Of a stretch of DNA of 64,000 nucleotides, positions 54,093 through 63,377 are shown in pieces. How positions within the stretch are numbered: the stretch's first letter is position 1; every line of letters begins with the position of its first letter. The stretch lies in assembly GCF_052091845.1 (NCBI RefSeq), contig NZ_JBQDCO010000008.1, forward strand, positions 16,180-80,179, written 5' to 3'. The translations under genes and the position numbers were made by a program. The notes below the pieces were generated by a model. The model was not told where the DNA came from. It saw only the letters and a program-made list of their open reading frames with translations, and ran no database searches. The DNA comes from Marinobacter sp. (GTDB lineage Bacteria; Pseudomonadota; Gammaproteobacteria; Pseudomonadales; Oleiphilaceae).

Positions 54093-56471
54093 CTAGGCCT
54101 CCTGACTCACCGGCTTTTCGGTGGTTGCCGTTTGCTCCGCTGCCCAGCGACGGGTAGTAGTGATGGCCCCCAGTACCCGCTCCGGCGTAGCTGGCGTGTC
54201 CAGCGGCGGGCTGTAGCGGTAATCGGCAACGCTGGCAATGGCGTCGCGCATGGCCGACCAAACCGACATGGCCAGCATCAGCGGCGGCTCACCCACGGCC
54301 TTGGAGCGGAATACGGTCGATTCGGGGTTCGGGCTGGCGGGCAGCAACTCGACCCGGAAATCGGCTGGCGCGTCCGACACGGCCGGAATTTTATAGGTGG
54401 CCGGGCCGTTCGATAACAGGCGCCCTTCCTTGTTGTATACCAGCTCTTCCGTGGTCAGCCAGCCCATACCCTGAACAAAACCGCCTTCAATCTGGCCGAT
54501 ATCGACGGCCGGGTTCAGCGATTGGCCAGCATCGTGGAGAATGTCAGTCCGCAGGACTTTGTATTCACCCGTTAACGTGTCCACCACCACTTCCGAGCAG
54601 GCAACGCCGTTGGCGAAGTACAGGAAGGGACGGCCCTGGCCGGTGGCCCGGTCATAATGGATCTTGGGGGTGCTGTAGAAGCCGTTCGAAGACAGCGACA
54701 CCCGGGCCATGTAGGCCTGCTGAACAAAATCGGCCCAGTCAATGCGCTGGTCACCAACACGTACTGTGTTGTTCTCGAACGCGATGTCCTCGGCACTGAC
54801 GCCATGCGCTTCTGCAGCAAAGTCGACCAGGCGCTGCTTGATCTTCTCACAGGCATCCAGAGCCGCCATACCATTGAGGTCTGTGCCTGAGGAGGCGGCG
54901 GTGGGCGAGGTGTTGGGCACCTTGTCGGTGCGGGTGGCCGACACCTTGACCCGATCCAGATCCACCTGGAAGGCCGAGGCGACCACCTGGGCTACCTTGA
55001 TAAACAGCCCCTGGCCCATTTCCGTGCCGCCATGGTTCAGGTGGATGCTACCATCCGTGTAGACATGCACCAGGGCGCCGGCCTGATTCAGGTGTTGGGC
55101 GGTAAAGGAAATGCCAAACTTCACCGGGGTCAACGACAGGCCGCGCTTCAGAATTTGGCTGGTCTTGTTGAAGTGGGTGATCTCTGCACGGCGCTTGCGG
55201 TAATCGGAACTGACCTCAAGCTTCTCGATCATGTCCGGCAACAGGTGCTGCTCGATTTTCTGGCCGTAGTGAGTGACATCCCGGCCGGGGCCGTAGAGGT
55301 TTCGCTTGCGGATATCCAGGGGGTCTTCGCCGAGGTATCGGGCAATGTCATCCATGGCGCGTTCAATGATCATCATGCCTTGAGGGCCGCCAAAACCACG
55401 GAAGGCCGTGTTCGACACGGTATGGGTTTTACAGCGGTGGCCAACCACTCGTGCCTCGCCAAGACTGTAGCCGTTGTCGGAATGGAACATGGCACGGTCA
55501 ACGATGGCGTCGGACAGGTCAGGGGAGAAACCACAACGCCCGGCGACCATAATGTCGGCGCCACGCAGCACCCCTTGTTCGTCAAAACCGATATCGTAGG
55601 TGTTATAGAAATCGTGGCGCTTGCCCGTTTGTACCATGTCGTCGGCACGGGCCATGCGGTATTTGACCGGGCGTCCGGTTTTGCGTGCCAGCAGCGCTGA
55701 AATACAGGCCAGCGGTGCCGCCTGGGTTTCCTTGCCGCCGAAGCCGCCGCCCATGCGCCTGACTTCTACCTGAACTTCATGAATAGCCAGGCCAAGCACT
55801 TCCGCCACCAGCTTTTGCACTTCCGATGGATGCTGGCTGGAGGTGTGCACGAAGACCCCGGCATCTTCGGTAGGCTCTACCAGGCAGGCCTGGCCTTCCA
55901 GATAGAAGTGTTCCTGCCCACCGACGTTCATTTCGCCCTGCAGGCGGTGTGGTGCCTCGGCCAGGGCTTTATCAGGGTCGCCACGAAGCTGGGTGTGGTC
56001 CGGGCGTACGAACAGTTTCTGCTCCAGGGCTTCCTGCGCGGTCAGTGCAGTTGGCAGAGGCTCATAGCTGACTTTCGCCAGCCGGGCGGCTTGTCGAGCA
56101 GCCCGATGGCTGGTGGCCGCAACCGCGAACAGTGGCTGGCCCACATGTTCTACCAGATCACCGGCGAGTACCGGGTCACCCGGAAAAACCGGGCCGATAT
56201 CGGTATGGCCGGGCACATCATTAACCGTCATCACCTCAACAACGCCGGGGTAGTTGCGAACGGCGTCCAGATCCATTGCAGTGACGCGGGCGTGAGCGTG
56301 GGTGCTCTGGCCTACGGCGGCATGCAACAGTCCTTCTGGCTCGGGTAGGTCATCTATATAGCGGGCCTTGCCGGAAACGTGTTTCCAGGCACTGTCGTGG
56401 TACGCCTGCGTACCGGAGAGGCCAGAGGCTGTGTCAGAAGGTTTGGGGGTATTGATCGGGAGCTTACGCAT
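54093..56471 (-). CDS. xdhB: xanthine dehydrogenase molybdopterin-binding subunit XdhB
   Basis: 792 aa. Aldehyde oxidase/xanthine dehydrogenase a/b-hammerhead and MoCo-binding domains (RRMGGGFGGKETQ, GFGGPQGM, GEPP). Confidence 0.9.
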   Translation of the reverse strand: MRKLPINTPKPSDTASGLSGTQAYHDSAWKHVSGKARYIDDLPEPEGLLHAAVGQSTHAHARVTAMDLDAVRNYPGVVEVMTVNDVPGHTDIGPVFPGDPVLAGDLVEHVGQPLFAVAATSHRAARQAARLAKVSYEPLPTALTAQEALEQKLFVRPDHTQLRGDPDKALAEAPHRLQGEMNVGGQEHFYLEGQACLVEPTEDAGVFVHTSSQHPSEVQKLVAEVLGLAIHEVQVEVRRMGGGFGGKETQAAPLACISALLARKTGRPVKYRMARADDMVQTGKRHDFYNTYDIGFDEQGVLRGADIMVAGRCGFSPDLSDAIVDRAMFHSDNGYSLGEARVVGHRCKTHTVSNTAFRGFGGPQGMMIIERAMDDIARYLGEDPLDIRKRNLYGPGRDVTHYGQKIEQHLLPDMIEKLEVSSDYRKRRAEITHFNKTSQILKRGLSLTPVKFGISFTAQHLNQAGALVHVYTDGSIHLNHGGTEMGQGLFIKVAQVVASAFQVDLDRVKVSATRTDKVPNTSPTAASSGTDLNGMAALDACEKIKQRLVDFAAEAHGVSAEDIAFENNTVRVGDQRIDWADFVQQAYMARVSLSSNGFYSTPKIHYDRATGQGRPFLYFANGVACSEVVVDTLTGEYKVLRTDILHDAGQSLNPAVDIGQIEGGFVQGMGWLTTEELVYNKEGRLLSNGPATYKIPAVSDAPADFRVELLPASPNPESTVFRSKAVGEPPLMLAMSVWSAMRDAIASVADYRYSPPLDTPATPERVLGAITTTRRWAAEQTATTEKPVSQEA

Positions 56472-58023
56472 AGTCAGTCACCATGAGCGGCTGGTGGGTT
56501 TGAGTTGCGTCTTGAGTGCTTTCCAGAAACGCGCGTTGTAACAAATTACCGGCTACTTGAAGACGGTAGGCTGCAGAACTCCGGACATCAGACATAGGGT
56601 CAAACTCCTTCTCCATAGCAGATATGGCATTGAAAATGGTCGTTTGGTTCCATGCCTTTCCTTTTATCTGCGCTTCTGCACCTGCGGCACGTTTGGGTAT
56701 CGCCGCCATGCCACCGTAGGCAAGGCGACAGTCAGTAACCTGATCACCGTCGCGTTTGACCCACAGCGCCGCCAGGACGGCGGAAATGTCGTCGTCAATG
56801 CGCTTGGAAATCTTGTAGATAAACAGTTGCTCATCCGGCTGCGGCGCCGGAATCCATACCCCGCGAATAAACTCGCCAGCTTTCAGGGCGGTCTTTTTAT
56901 AGTCGAGGAAAAAGTCCTGCACGGGCATCTTGCGGGTGCCTTTGGCGCTGTCCAGCTCCAGGGTGGCACCCAGGGCGATCAGCGTAGGCGGCATGTCGCC
57001 GATCGGTGAGGCGTTACCGACGTTGCCGCCAACTGTGCCGCGGTTTCGTACCTGAAGCGACCCCAGTCTTTCGAGCATGGGCCCGTAGTGGGGCCAGCGC
57101 TGCTCCAGCTTATGGAACATGGAGGTATAAGTGGCGCCGGCACCAATATAAATACCGTCGTCGCTCTCCCGGATTTCCTGGAGCTCGGCAATGCCGCCAA
57201 GCCCGACAATGTGCGTCAGATCTTTCAGCTGCTGGGTGATTTCCAGGGACAGATCAGTGCCGCCGGCCACCATTCGGGCATCGGGTGATTGCTGCAGAAT
57301 CTGTCGCAGTTCCTCAAGTGTGGCAGGGGCATCAAAACGGGCACCCTGTGTGTCTGACAGGGTGCCACTGGTGACTTGCAACTGCTTGAGCCCGGCGAGC
57401 ATTTCCGGGGCCTGAAGCCAGGCCGCACCCGCCGCTGCAGCGGGGCCGCTGAGTGCGCCGCCCTGGCTTTGGGTGTTGGCATCTGCCGGGTTGTCATGTG
57501 TGGTGCCCGGGTTCCAGGTTTGTACACTGGCCCGACGACCGGCTTCCATGATCGGGCGATAGCCGGTGCAGCGGCAAAGGTTGCCCGACAAGGCCTCGAG
57601 CAGTTCGTTATCGCTGGTGCTCGCACCGGCCGCTGCTTTCTCTGTGTGCAGGGCGAACAGCGACATGATGATGCCGGGCGTGCAATAGCCGCACTGGGCG
57701 CCGTGGCAGTCGATCATCTCTTTCTGCACGGGATGGCCCGGCTCCGTCTGTAGCGCCTCGACAGTGACCAGGTGCTTGCCATGCAGACTGCCTACGGGAG
57801 CGATACAGCTGTTGACGCTGTCATAGCGCAACTGCCCCGAGCGGCTTTCGTCTGGTGTGCCAATGGCAACTGTGCAGGCGCCGCAGTCACCCGAGGCACA
57901 GCCTTCTTTGGTGCCGGGCAGGCGTTTACTCATGCGAAGCCAATCGAGAATGCTGAGGTTCGGGTCGGCTCGGTCGAGGGTTTGTTGTTGGCCGTTCAAG
58001 TAGAATTCGATCACAAGGTTCAC
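56464..58023 (-). CDS. xdhA: xanthine dehydrogenase small subunit XdhA (2Fe-2S + FAD-binding)
   Basis: Two 2Fe-2S motifs (GCASGDCGACTV; CHGAQCGYCTPG...CRCTGY) followed by a CO-dehydrogenase-flavoprotein-like FAD domain. GTG start at 58023; an in-frame GTG 9 nt downstream is an alternative. Confidence 0.9.
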   Translation of the reverse strand: MNLVIEFYLNGQQQTLDRADPNLSILDWLRMSKRLPGTKEGCASGDCGACTVAIGTPDESRSGQLRYDSVNSCIAPVGSLHGKHLVTVEALQTEPGHPVQKEMIDCHGAQCGYCTPGIIMSLFALHTEKAAAGASTSDNELLEALSGNLCRCTGYRPIMEAGRRASVQTWNPGTTHDNPADANTQSQGGALSGPAAAAGAAWLQAPEMLAGLKQLQVTSGTLSDTQGARFDAPATLEELRQILQQSPDARMVAGGTDLSLEITQQLKDLTHIVGLGGIAELQEIRESDDGIYIGAGATYTSMFHKLEQRWPHYGPMLERLGSLQVRNRGTVGGNVGNASPIGDMPPTLIALGATLELDSAKGTRKMPVQDFFLDYKKTALKAGEFIRGVWIPAPQPDEQLFIYKISKRIDDDISAVLAALWVKRDGDQVTDCRLAYGGMAAIPKRAAGAEAQIKGKAWNQTTIFNAISAMEKEFDPMSDVRSSAAYRLQVAGNLLQRAFLESTQDATQTHQPLMVTDYA

Positions 58024-58118
58024 CGCGAATGGTTAAGTTGTTATTTATGGATCGCCACTCCAGAGTTTCTGCGTTTCTGGATAAAAGTTTTGTTCAGGCT
58101 ACTTTCGTTTTACATATT

Positions 58119-58136
58119 CCTGACCAGATAGTCCAG
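58119..58136. promoter_or_regulatory. RutR-type box candidate (ccTGACcagataGTCCag) in the xdhA/regulator divergent region
   Basis: TGAC-N6-GTCc. It resembles the E. coli RutR consensus TTGACCAnnTGGTCAA, with the left half TGACCA exact. Confidence 0.4.
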
Positions 58137-58252
58137 TTTTTTGTGCAAGAAATAAGCACCAATTTTATATTGTTTCGAGGCGATTCATTTCTTTGAATGC
58201 TGTCGGGATATCAGTTATCTTCGCCCATCGCCCCCCAAAGTGTAGCGGCTTT

Positions 58253-58948
58253 ATGAACGAGCAAAACAAATCCGATCCTTCCTGGCAGCACCTGTCGCCT
58301 CCGCCTTCTGGTCAATCCAAGGTTAAAGTGCGCCCAGGACGCATTCGCCAGCGCAATCGTGAGCAAATTCTTGCAGCGGCCGAGAAAGAGTTTTCCCGCA
58401 AGGGGTTTGGCGCAACAACAGTGCAGCAAATTGCCGACAGGGCCGGGCTGCCAAAATCCAACGTGCTCTATTATTTCAGCAATAAAAAGCGCATGTATTA
58501 CGCCTTGATGGACGGCATCATGGGGCGTTGGAATGATGTTTTCTCAAACGTCAGACCGGAGGACGACCCGGCCACAACCCTTGCGGGTTTTATCCAGGTA
58601 AAAATGGAAATGTCCCGAACTCATCCCCTGGCCTCCCGGCTGTTTGCCATGGAAATCATTCAAGGCGCACCCGTACTGAAAGAGTACCTCTCGACCAGTA
58701 TGAAAGATTGGGTGCGTGAGCGGGCAATGGTGATTCAGCAGTGGATTAACACCGGACGTATGGGGAATGTCGATCCGGTTCAGTTGATTCATCTGATCTG
58801 GTCGTCAACCCAGCATTACGCCGATTTTCAGGTTCAGATTCTGGCGATTGAAGAGAAAGAAGCCTACACCAAAAAGGACTTCAAGCATGCGGCAGAGTTC
58901 CTGACTCAAGTTATCCTCCGTGGTTGTGGGCTTGAGGTTCCCGAGTAG
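58253..58948 (+). CDS. TetR-family transcriptional regulator, RutR-like
   Basis: TetR HTH (FGATTVQQIADRAGLPKSNVLYYFSNKK). Effector-domain segments ASRLFAMEIIQGAP and VDPVQLIHLIWSSTQHYADF closely resemble E. coli RutR as I recall it. Start set at ATG 58253. Confidence 0.8.
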   Translation: MNEQNKSDPSWQHLSPPPSGQSKVKVRPGRIRQRNREQILAAAEKEFSRKGFGATTVQQIADRAGLPKSNVLYYFSNKKRMYYALMDGIMGRWNDVFSNVRPEDDPATTLAGFIQVKMEMSRTHPLASRLFAMEIIQGAPVLKEYLSTSMKDWVRERAMVIQQWINTGRMGNVDPVQLIHLIWSSTQHYADFQVQILAIEEKEAYTKKDFKHAAEFLTQVILRGCGLEVPE

Positions 58949-58954
58949 TATTTT

Positions 58955-58971
58955 CCTGACTTATTGGTCAG
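58955..58971. promoter_or_regulatory. RutR-type box candidate (ccTGACttattgGTCAg) upstream of guaD
   Basis: TGAC-N6-GTCA, 14/17 identical to the site at 60434. About 90 nt upstream of the guaD start. Confidence 0.45.
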
Positions 58972-59057
58972 CTTATCGTTGACCGGCACTCTCAACCCGT
59001 TTAAATTGCCGTTGCAGTCAATCGCCAAACGTCGCAGAAAAATAAACGAGAGTGATC

Positions 59058-60374
59058 ATGTCCCAATGCAAAGCCTACCGGGCTTCTATTCTTCACAGTA
59101 TTGCAAACCCCTACGACGTAGGTGCAGAAAACTCCTATGAATATTTCGAGGACGGCCTGCTCGTAGTCGAAAGCGGGGCTGTTGTCAGTGTTGGAGATGC
59201 AGAGGGTCTGCTGCCCTCTCTTCCGGCAGACGTTGAGGTTATCCATTATCAGGACGCATTGATAACCCCGGGGTTTATCGACACCCACATCCACTACCCC
59301 CAGACCGGAATGGTTGGCTCATACGGAGCCCAGTTGCTGGATTGGTTGGAAATGTATGTATTCCCATGCGAGGGGAAATTTGGCGACGCTGATATTGCCA
59401 GTGCCCAGACTGACATGTTCCTGCAGGAATTACTGCGCAATGGCACCACCACCGCTCTGGTGTTCGGGACGGTTCACAAAGAGTCTGTCGATGCATTTTT
59501 TGAACAGGCCTCAAAGCTTAACCTGCGGATGATTGCCGGCAAGGTGTTGATGGACCGCAATGCGCCGGAGTATCTGTTGGACACCGCAGATACCGGCTAC
59601 GCAGACAGCAAGGAATTAATCGAGCGCTGGCACGGCAAAGGGCGTCTGTCTTATGCGGTAACACCCAGGTTTGCACCAACAAGCAGCCCGGAGCAACTGG
59701 AGCTTGCCGGCAAGCTCTTTAACGAGTTTCCGGATTTGTATATGCACACGCACATTTCCGAGAACAAAAAGGAAATTGAGTGGGTTAGCGAGCTATTTCC
59801 GGAGCGGAGCGGCTACCTTGATGTGTATGATCACCATGGATTAATTGGCGAAAGGGCGGTATTTGCCCACGGTGTTCATCTGCATGACGATGAGTGCAAA
59901 CGGTTGAGTGATACTGGCTCTGCCGTGGCGTTTTGCCCGACATCAAACCTGTTTCTGGGGAGCGGGCTTCTGGACCTGGAACGCCTGGAAAAACAGGGTG
60001 TACGGGTTGGGCTGGGTACAGATATCGGCGGCGGCACCAGTTTTTCTCAGCTTCAAAGCCTGAATGAAGCTTACAAGGTACTGCAATTGCAAGGGCAGAA
60101 GCTGGATCCTTTCAAAGCGTTGTATCTTGCGACGCTGGGCGGCGCAAAATCTCTTTATCTTGATGAAAAAATTGGTAATTTTGAGCAAGGTAAAGAGGCA
60201 GATTTTATTGTACTCGACTATAATGCTACGCCGTTGATCAGCTATCGCTTGAGTCGTGCCAGCAGTCTTCAGGAAAAACTGTTTGCACTCATCATGCTTG
60301 GTGATGACAGGGCCGTGAAGGAAACATTCAGTGCTGGCAAGTCGTTGCATCAGAAGAAGTTTTCAAAATCTTAA
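59058..60374 (+). CDS. guaD: guanine deaminase
   Basis: Amidohydrolase HxH (GFIDTHIHYPQ), HISEN, FCPTSNLFLGSG and GTDIGGG motifs typical of GuaD. GTG 59052 is an alternative start. Confidence 0.85.
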   Translation: MSQCKAYRASILHSIANPYDVGAENSYEYFEDGLLVVESGAVVSVGDAEGLLPSLPADVEVIHYQDALITPGFIDTHIHYPQTGMVGSYGAQLLDWLEMYVFPCEGKFGDADIASAQTDMFLQELLRNGTTTALVFGTVHKESVDAFFEQASKLNLRMIAGKVLMDRNAPEYLLDTADTGYADSKELIERWHGKGRLSYAVTPRFAPTSSPEQLELAGKLFNEFPDLYMHTHISENKKEIEWVSELFPERSGYLDVYDHHGLIGERAVFAHGVHLHDDECKRLSDTGSAVAFCPTSNLFLGSGLLDLERLEKQGVRVGLGTDIGGGTSFSQLQSLNEAYKVLQLQGQKLDPFKALYLATLGGAKSLYLDEKIGNFEQGKEADFIVLDYNATPLISYRLSRASSLQEKLFALIMLGDDRAVKETFSAGKSLHQKKFSKS

Positions 60375-60433
60375 AAAAAAGCAAATCAGTGATTGTAATT
60401 ATTGTATACAAAGCCATAATCGTGATTGCTGGT

Positions 60434-60450
60434 CCTGACTTTATGGTCAA
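60434..60450. promoter_or_regulatory. RutR-type box candidate (ccTGACtttatgGTCAa) upstream of the purine permease
   Basis: TGAC-N6-GTCA with the right half TGGTCAA exact to the RutR consensus. About 90 nt upstream of ATG 60535. Confidence 0.45.
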
Positions 60451-60534
60451 GAAATAGACCGGCTCAATCATTCGTCGCCTTCCCCAAGAGTTCTGCTCTA
60501 GGTGATAGAAAACAAAAAATATGAGGGAAATCTT

Positions 60535-61875
60535 ATGGCTAACGCTGGGCAGGAAAGTTCACGTATAGAGCCGGCGAACACAGGGTTGCTGGAAAGGCTT
60601 TTCAAAATTGAGAAGCACGGAAGTTCAGTCAAAACCGAGCTGGTTGCGGGCCTGACTACGTTCGTAACCATGGCCTACATTATCTTTGTGAACCCCGCGA
60701 TAATGGCGGACGCAGGGCTGGATTACGGCGCTGCATTTGTCGCAACCTGTATTGGCGCTGCCTTGGGTTGCTTCCTAATGGGGCTGTATGCCAACTGGCC
60801 AGTAGGCCTGGCGCCAGGCATGGGCCTGAACGCCTTCTTTACCTATACCGTTGTTGGCGATATGGGTTATGCTTGGGAAATTGCACTGGGTGCAGTGTTC
60901 CTTTCCGGCGTTCTCTTCATGATCATGAGCTTGTCCAAGATTCGGGAGTGGCTGCTCGACAGCATACCTATGAGTCTCAGGTACGCCATGGGTGCCGGGG
61001 TGGGTCTGTTCCTCGGGATTATTGGTCTTAAATCAGCCGGAATTGTTGTTGCCAATCCGGCGACGCTGCTGACTATTGGCTCCTTTACCGAACCTGCCGC
61101 ACTGCTTGGTGGAATCTGCTTTTTGATGATTGCAGTGCTCAGCTATCGTAATGTGTTTGGTGCTATTTTGCTGAGCATCCTGACGGTGACTGCCATTGGT
61201 TGGGGCCTCGGAATTGTTGAGTACGGCGGTTTGGTGTCTGCGCCGCCCAGCCTTGCGCCGACCTTTATGGCCCTGGATATAGCCGGTGCGTTCCAGGTGA
61301 GCATGATCAGCGTTATTCTGGCATTCCTGTTCGTGAATATCTTCGATACTGCCGGGACCTTAATGGGGGTCGCTCACCGCGCCCACCTGGTTGATCAAGA
61401 CGGCAAAATCGAAAACCTTCCTCGTGCCCTGAAAGCAGACAGTACCTCCAGTGTTGTTGGTTCGTTTGTGGGTTGTACCCCAGTGACCAGTTACGTAGAG
61501 AGTGCCTCCGGCGTTGCAGCGGGTGGTCGTACCGGTCTGACTGCGGTCACCGTGGGCGTTTTGTTTTGCCTGGCGGTGTTCTTTGCGCCGTTAGCTGGAA
61601 TGATTCCTGCCTATGCAACGGCAGGCGCTCTGATTTATGTGGCCATGCTGATGATGAGTGGCTTGGCCCACATCGAGTGGGACGATCTCAGTGACACCAT
61701 TCCGGCTATTATGACTGTGATCATGATGCCGCTGACATACTCAATCACCAACGGTATCGCGATTGGCTTCATAACCTATGGTGTGATGAAGCTGCTCACC
61801 GGTCAGCATAAAGAAGTCTCGATCAGCATGTATTTGCTATGTGTGATCTTTATCGCCAACTTTGCCTTCATGTAA
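60535..61875 (+). CDS. NCS2-family purine permease (AzgA/PurP-type adenine/guanine/hypoxanthine transporter)
   Basis: The N-terminus LLERLFKIEKHGSSVKTELVAGLTTFVTMAYIIFVNP is characteristic of the AzgA-like NCS2 subfamily. Start at ATG 60535 after GAGGGA. Confidence 0.85.
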   Translation: MANAGQESSRIEPANTGLLERLFKIEKHGSSVKTELVAGLTTFVTMAYIIFVNPAIMADAGLDYGAAFVATCIGAALGCFLMGLYANWPVGLAPGMGLNAFFTYTVVGDMGYAWEIALGAVFLSGVLFMIMSLSKIREWLLDSIPMSLRYAMGAGVGLFLGIIGLKSAGIVVANPATLLTIGSFTEPAALLGGICFLMIAVLSYRNVFGAILLSILTVTAIGWGLGIVEYGGLVSAPPSLAPTFMALDIAGAFQVSMISVILAFLFVNIFDTAGTLMGVAHRAHLVDQDGKIENLPRALKADSTSSVVGSFVGCTPVTSYVESASGVAAGGRTGLTAVTVGVLFCLAVFFAPLAGMIPAYATAGALIYVAMLMMSGLAHIEWDDLSDTIPAIMTVIMMPLTYSITNGIAIGFITYGVMKLLTGQHKEVSISMYLLCVIFIANFAFM

Positions 61876-61912
61876 ATGGCAGCCTGAAAACTAAAACAAG
61901 ACAGGAAATACT

Positions 61913-62677
61913 ATGACACTTTTAAAGAAGTCCCTGGTAGCAGCGTGCGCCTGTGCTACGTTTGCATCCACCAGTGCTCACGCAGAGAAATTCTTCGGTG
62001 ATTCCAGCATTTCGTTGCTGTATAGCGATCAATACGAAGCCTTTGGTGGCGAACGCGATACGGCAACGGTGTTCACCTTTGAAAATGCGACGGGGCATGA
62101 TTGGGGAGATACGTTCCTCTTCTTTGACCGTTTTCGCGGCCACGGCTTCTCTACCGGTAATGACAGTATTTATGGTGAGTTTGCCCCCAACCTGAGCCTG
62201 AGTTGGTTGACTGGCCAGGACTTGAGTTTTGGCCCGATCAAGGATGTTCGGCTGTCTGGCCAGTATGAATATGGCGGCGGCGATGTTAACAATAATAACT
62301 TGATGTACGGCCTGGGGCTCAGCTGGGATGTGCCTGGACTGGTTTATTTCAATACCAACTTCTATTACGTGGACAATGATACGGAATTCGATACCAAAGA
62401 CGATTGGCAGGCGACTGTTACCTGGAAAGCACCCATTGAGGCCGGCAGCGCACTGTTTGTGTTTGACGGTTACATCGACTACTCATCTGCAGTCAGTGGT
62501 GATCATGCGGCTGACTTCCACTTCAATCCGCAGTTAAAGCTGGATATCGGCAATTTCACCGGTAACCCGGGAGTTCTGCTGGCTGGTATTGAGTATTCGT
62601 ACTGGCGTAACAAGTATGGCAACACGGCCTTCGATACCGAAAACGCCATCAGCGCACTGGTTAAGTTCCACTTTTGA
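61913..62677 (+). CDS. outer-membrane channel, Tsx/OmpK (nucleoside-specific porin) family
   Basis: Signal peptide ending SAHA. Alternating beta-strand pattern and a C-terminal aromatic residue (KFHF). DWGDTFLFFD resembles Tsx/OmpK. Purine-cluster context. Confidence 0.6.
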   Translation: MTLLKKSLVAACACATFASTSAHAEKFFGDSSISLLYSDQYEAFGGERDTATVFTFENATGHDWGDTFLFFDRFRGHGFSTGNDSIYGEFAPNLSLSWLTGQDLSFGPIKDVRLSGQYEYGGGDVNNNNLMYGLGLSWDVPGLVYFNTNFYYVDNDTEFDTKDDWQATVTWKAPIEAGSALFVFDGYIDYSSAVSGDHAADFHFNPQLKLDIGNFTGNPGVLLAGIEYSYWRNKYGNTAFDTENAISALVKFHF

Positions 62678-62958
62678 TGCAGCTGGGTCGGGCTGCACTA
62701 TTGCCGCCCGACCTGCATAGAAAGAAGTCGTATTCCAGTCCTGTCAGGAACCGCTGGCAGGGCGCCCTGGTTTTCTCCTTTCCCTCTTCAGATATCTATC
62801 CTATTCTTCTCGCCACAGTGGTTTAAAAATACGATCCTGTTTGTGGCAAAGAATGTATACACAATTATACTATCAGTGTATTCTTTATCTTTCACAACGG
62901 ATCGTTTTAGTATGGCGTTTTTTGTATATAAACGGCCATTGCGTCATAGGAGAGTTTT

Positions 62959-63312
62959 ATGGGATATCTAACTACACATGTGCTGGATACTTCTCAGGGT
63001 CTTCCCGGTAAGGGTATTCGAATTGAGGTGTATCGCCTTGAGGGTGAGACTCGCACATTAATCAAAGAAGTGGTCACCAATTCTGATGGGCGGTGCGATG
63101 AGCCGATTATGGAAGGTGATGCCTTTACCGTTGGGCAGTACGAGCTGGTTTTTCATGCCGGGGATTATTTTCGGGCTCAGGGTAGTGACATGAGCGAGCC
63201 GGCATTTCTGGATGTTATCCCGCTGCGGTTCGGGGTTGCTGATGCATTTCAGCACTACCATGTACCGTTGTTGGCGACTCCTTACAGCTACTCCACCTAT
63301 CGGGGCAGCTGA
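62959..63312 (+). CDS. uraH: 5-hydroxyisourate hydrolase (transthyretin-like)
   Basis: 117 aa. N-terminal LTTHVLDT, HYHVPLL and the diagnostic C-terminal YSTYRGS. Confidence 0.9.
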   Translation: MGYLTTHVLDTSQGLPGKGIRIEVYRLEGETRTLIKEVVTNSDGRCDEPIMEGDAFTVGQYELVFHAGDYFRAQGSDMSEPAFLDVIPLRFGVADAFQHYHVPLLATPYSYSTYRGS

Positions 63313-63377
63313 TGCTGGAAAGGGGGCCTTCTCCCTTGAACGACAATCACAACAAAACGCAATAAGAGAGCGGCCTC

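Noticed and set aside
60375-60534. Possible purine riboswitch in the 5' region of the NCS2 permease, and likewise upstream of guaD
   Set aside because: The conserved purine-riboswitch core elements (the UAUAAU...GAUAUGG...UCUACC...CCGUAAA-type junction and loops) are absent. The region is better explained by protein operator sites.
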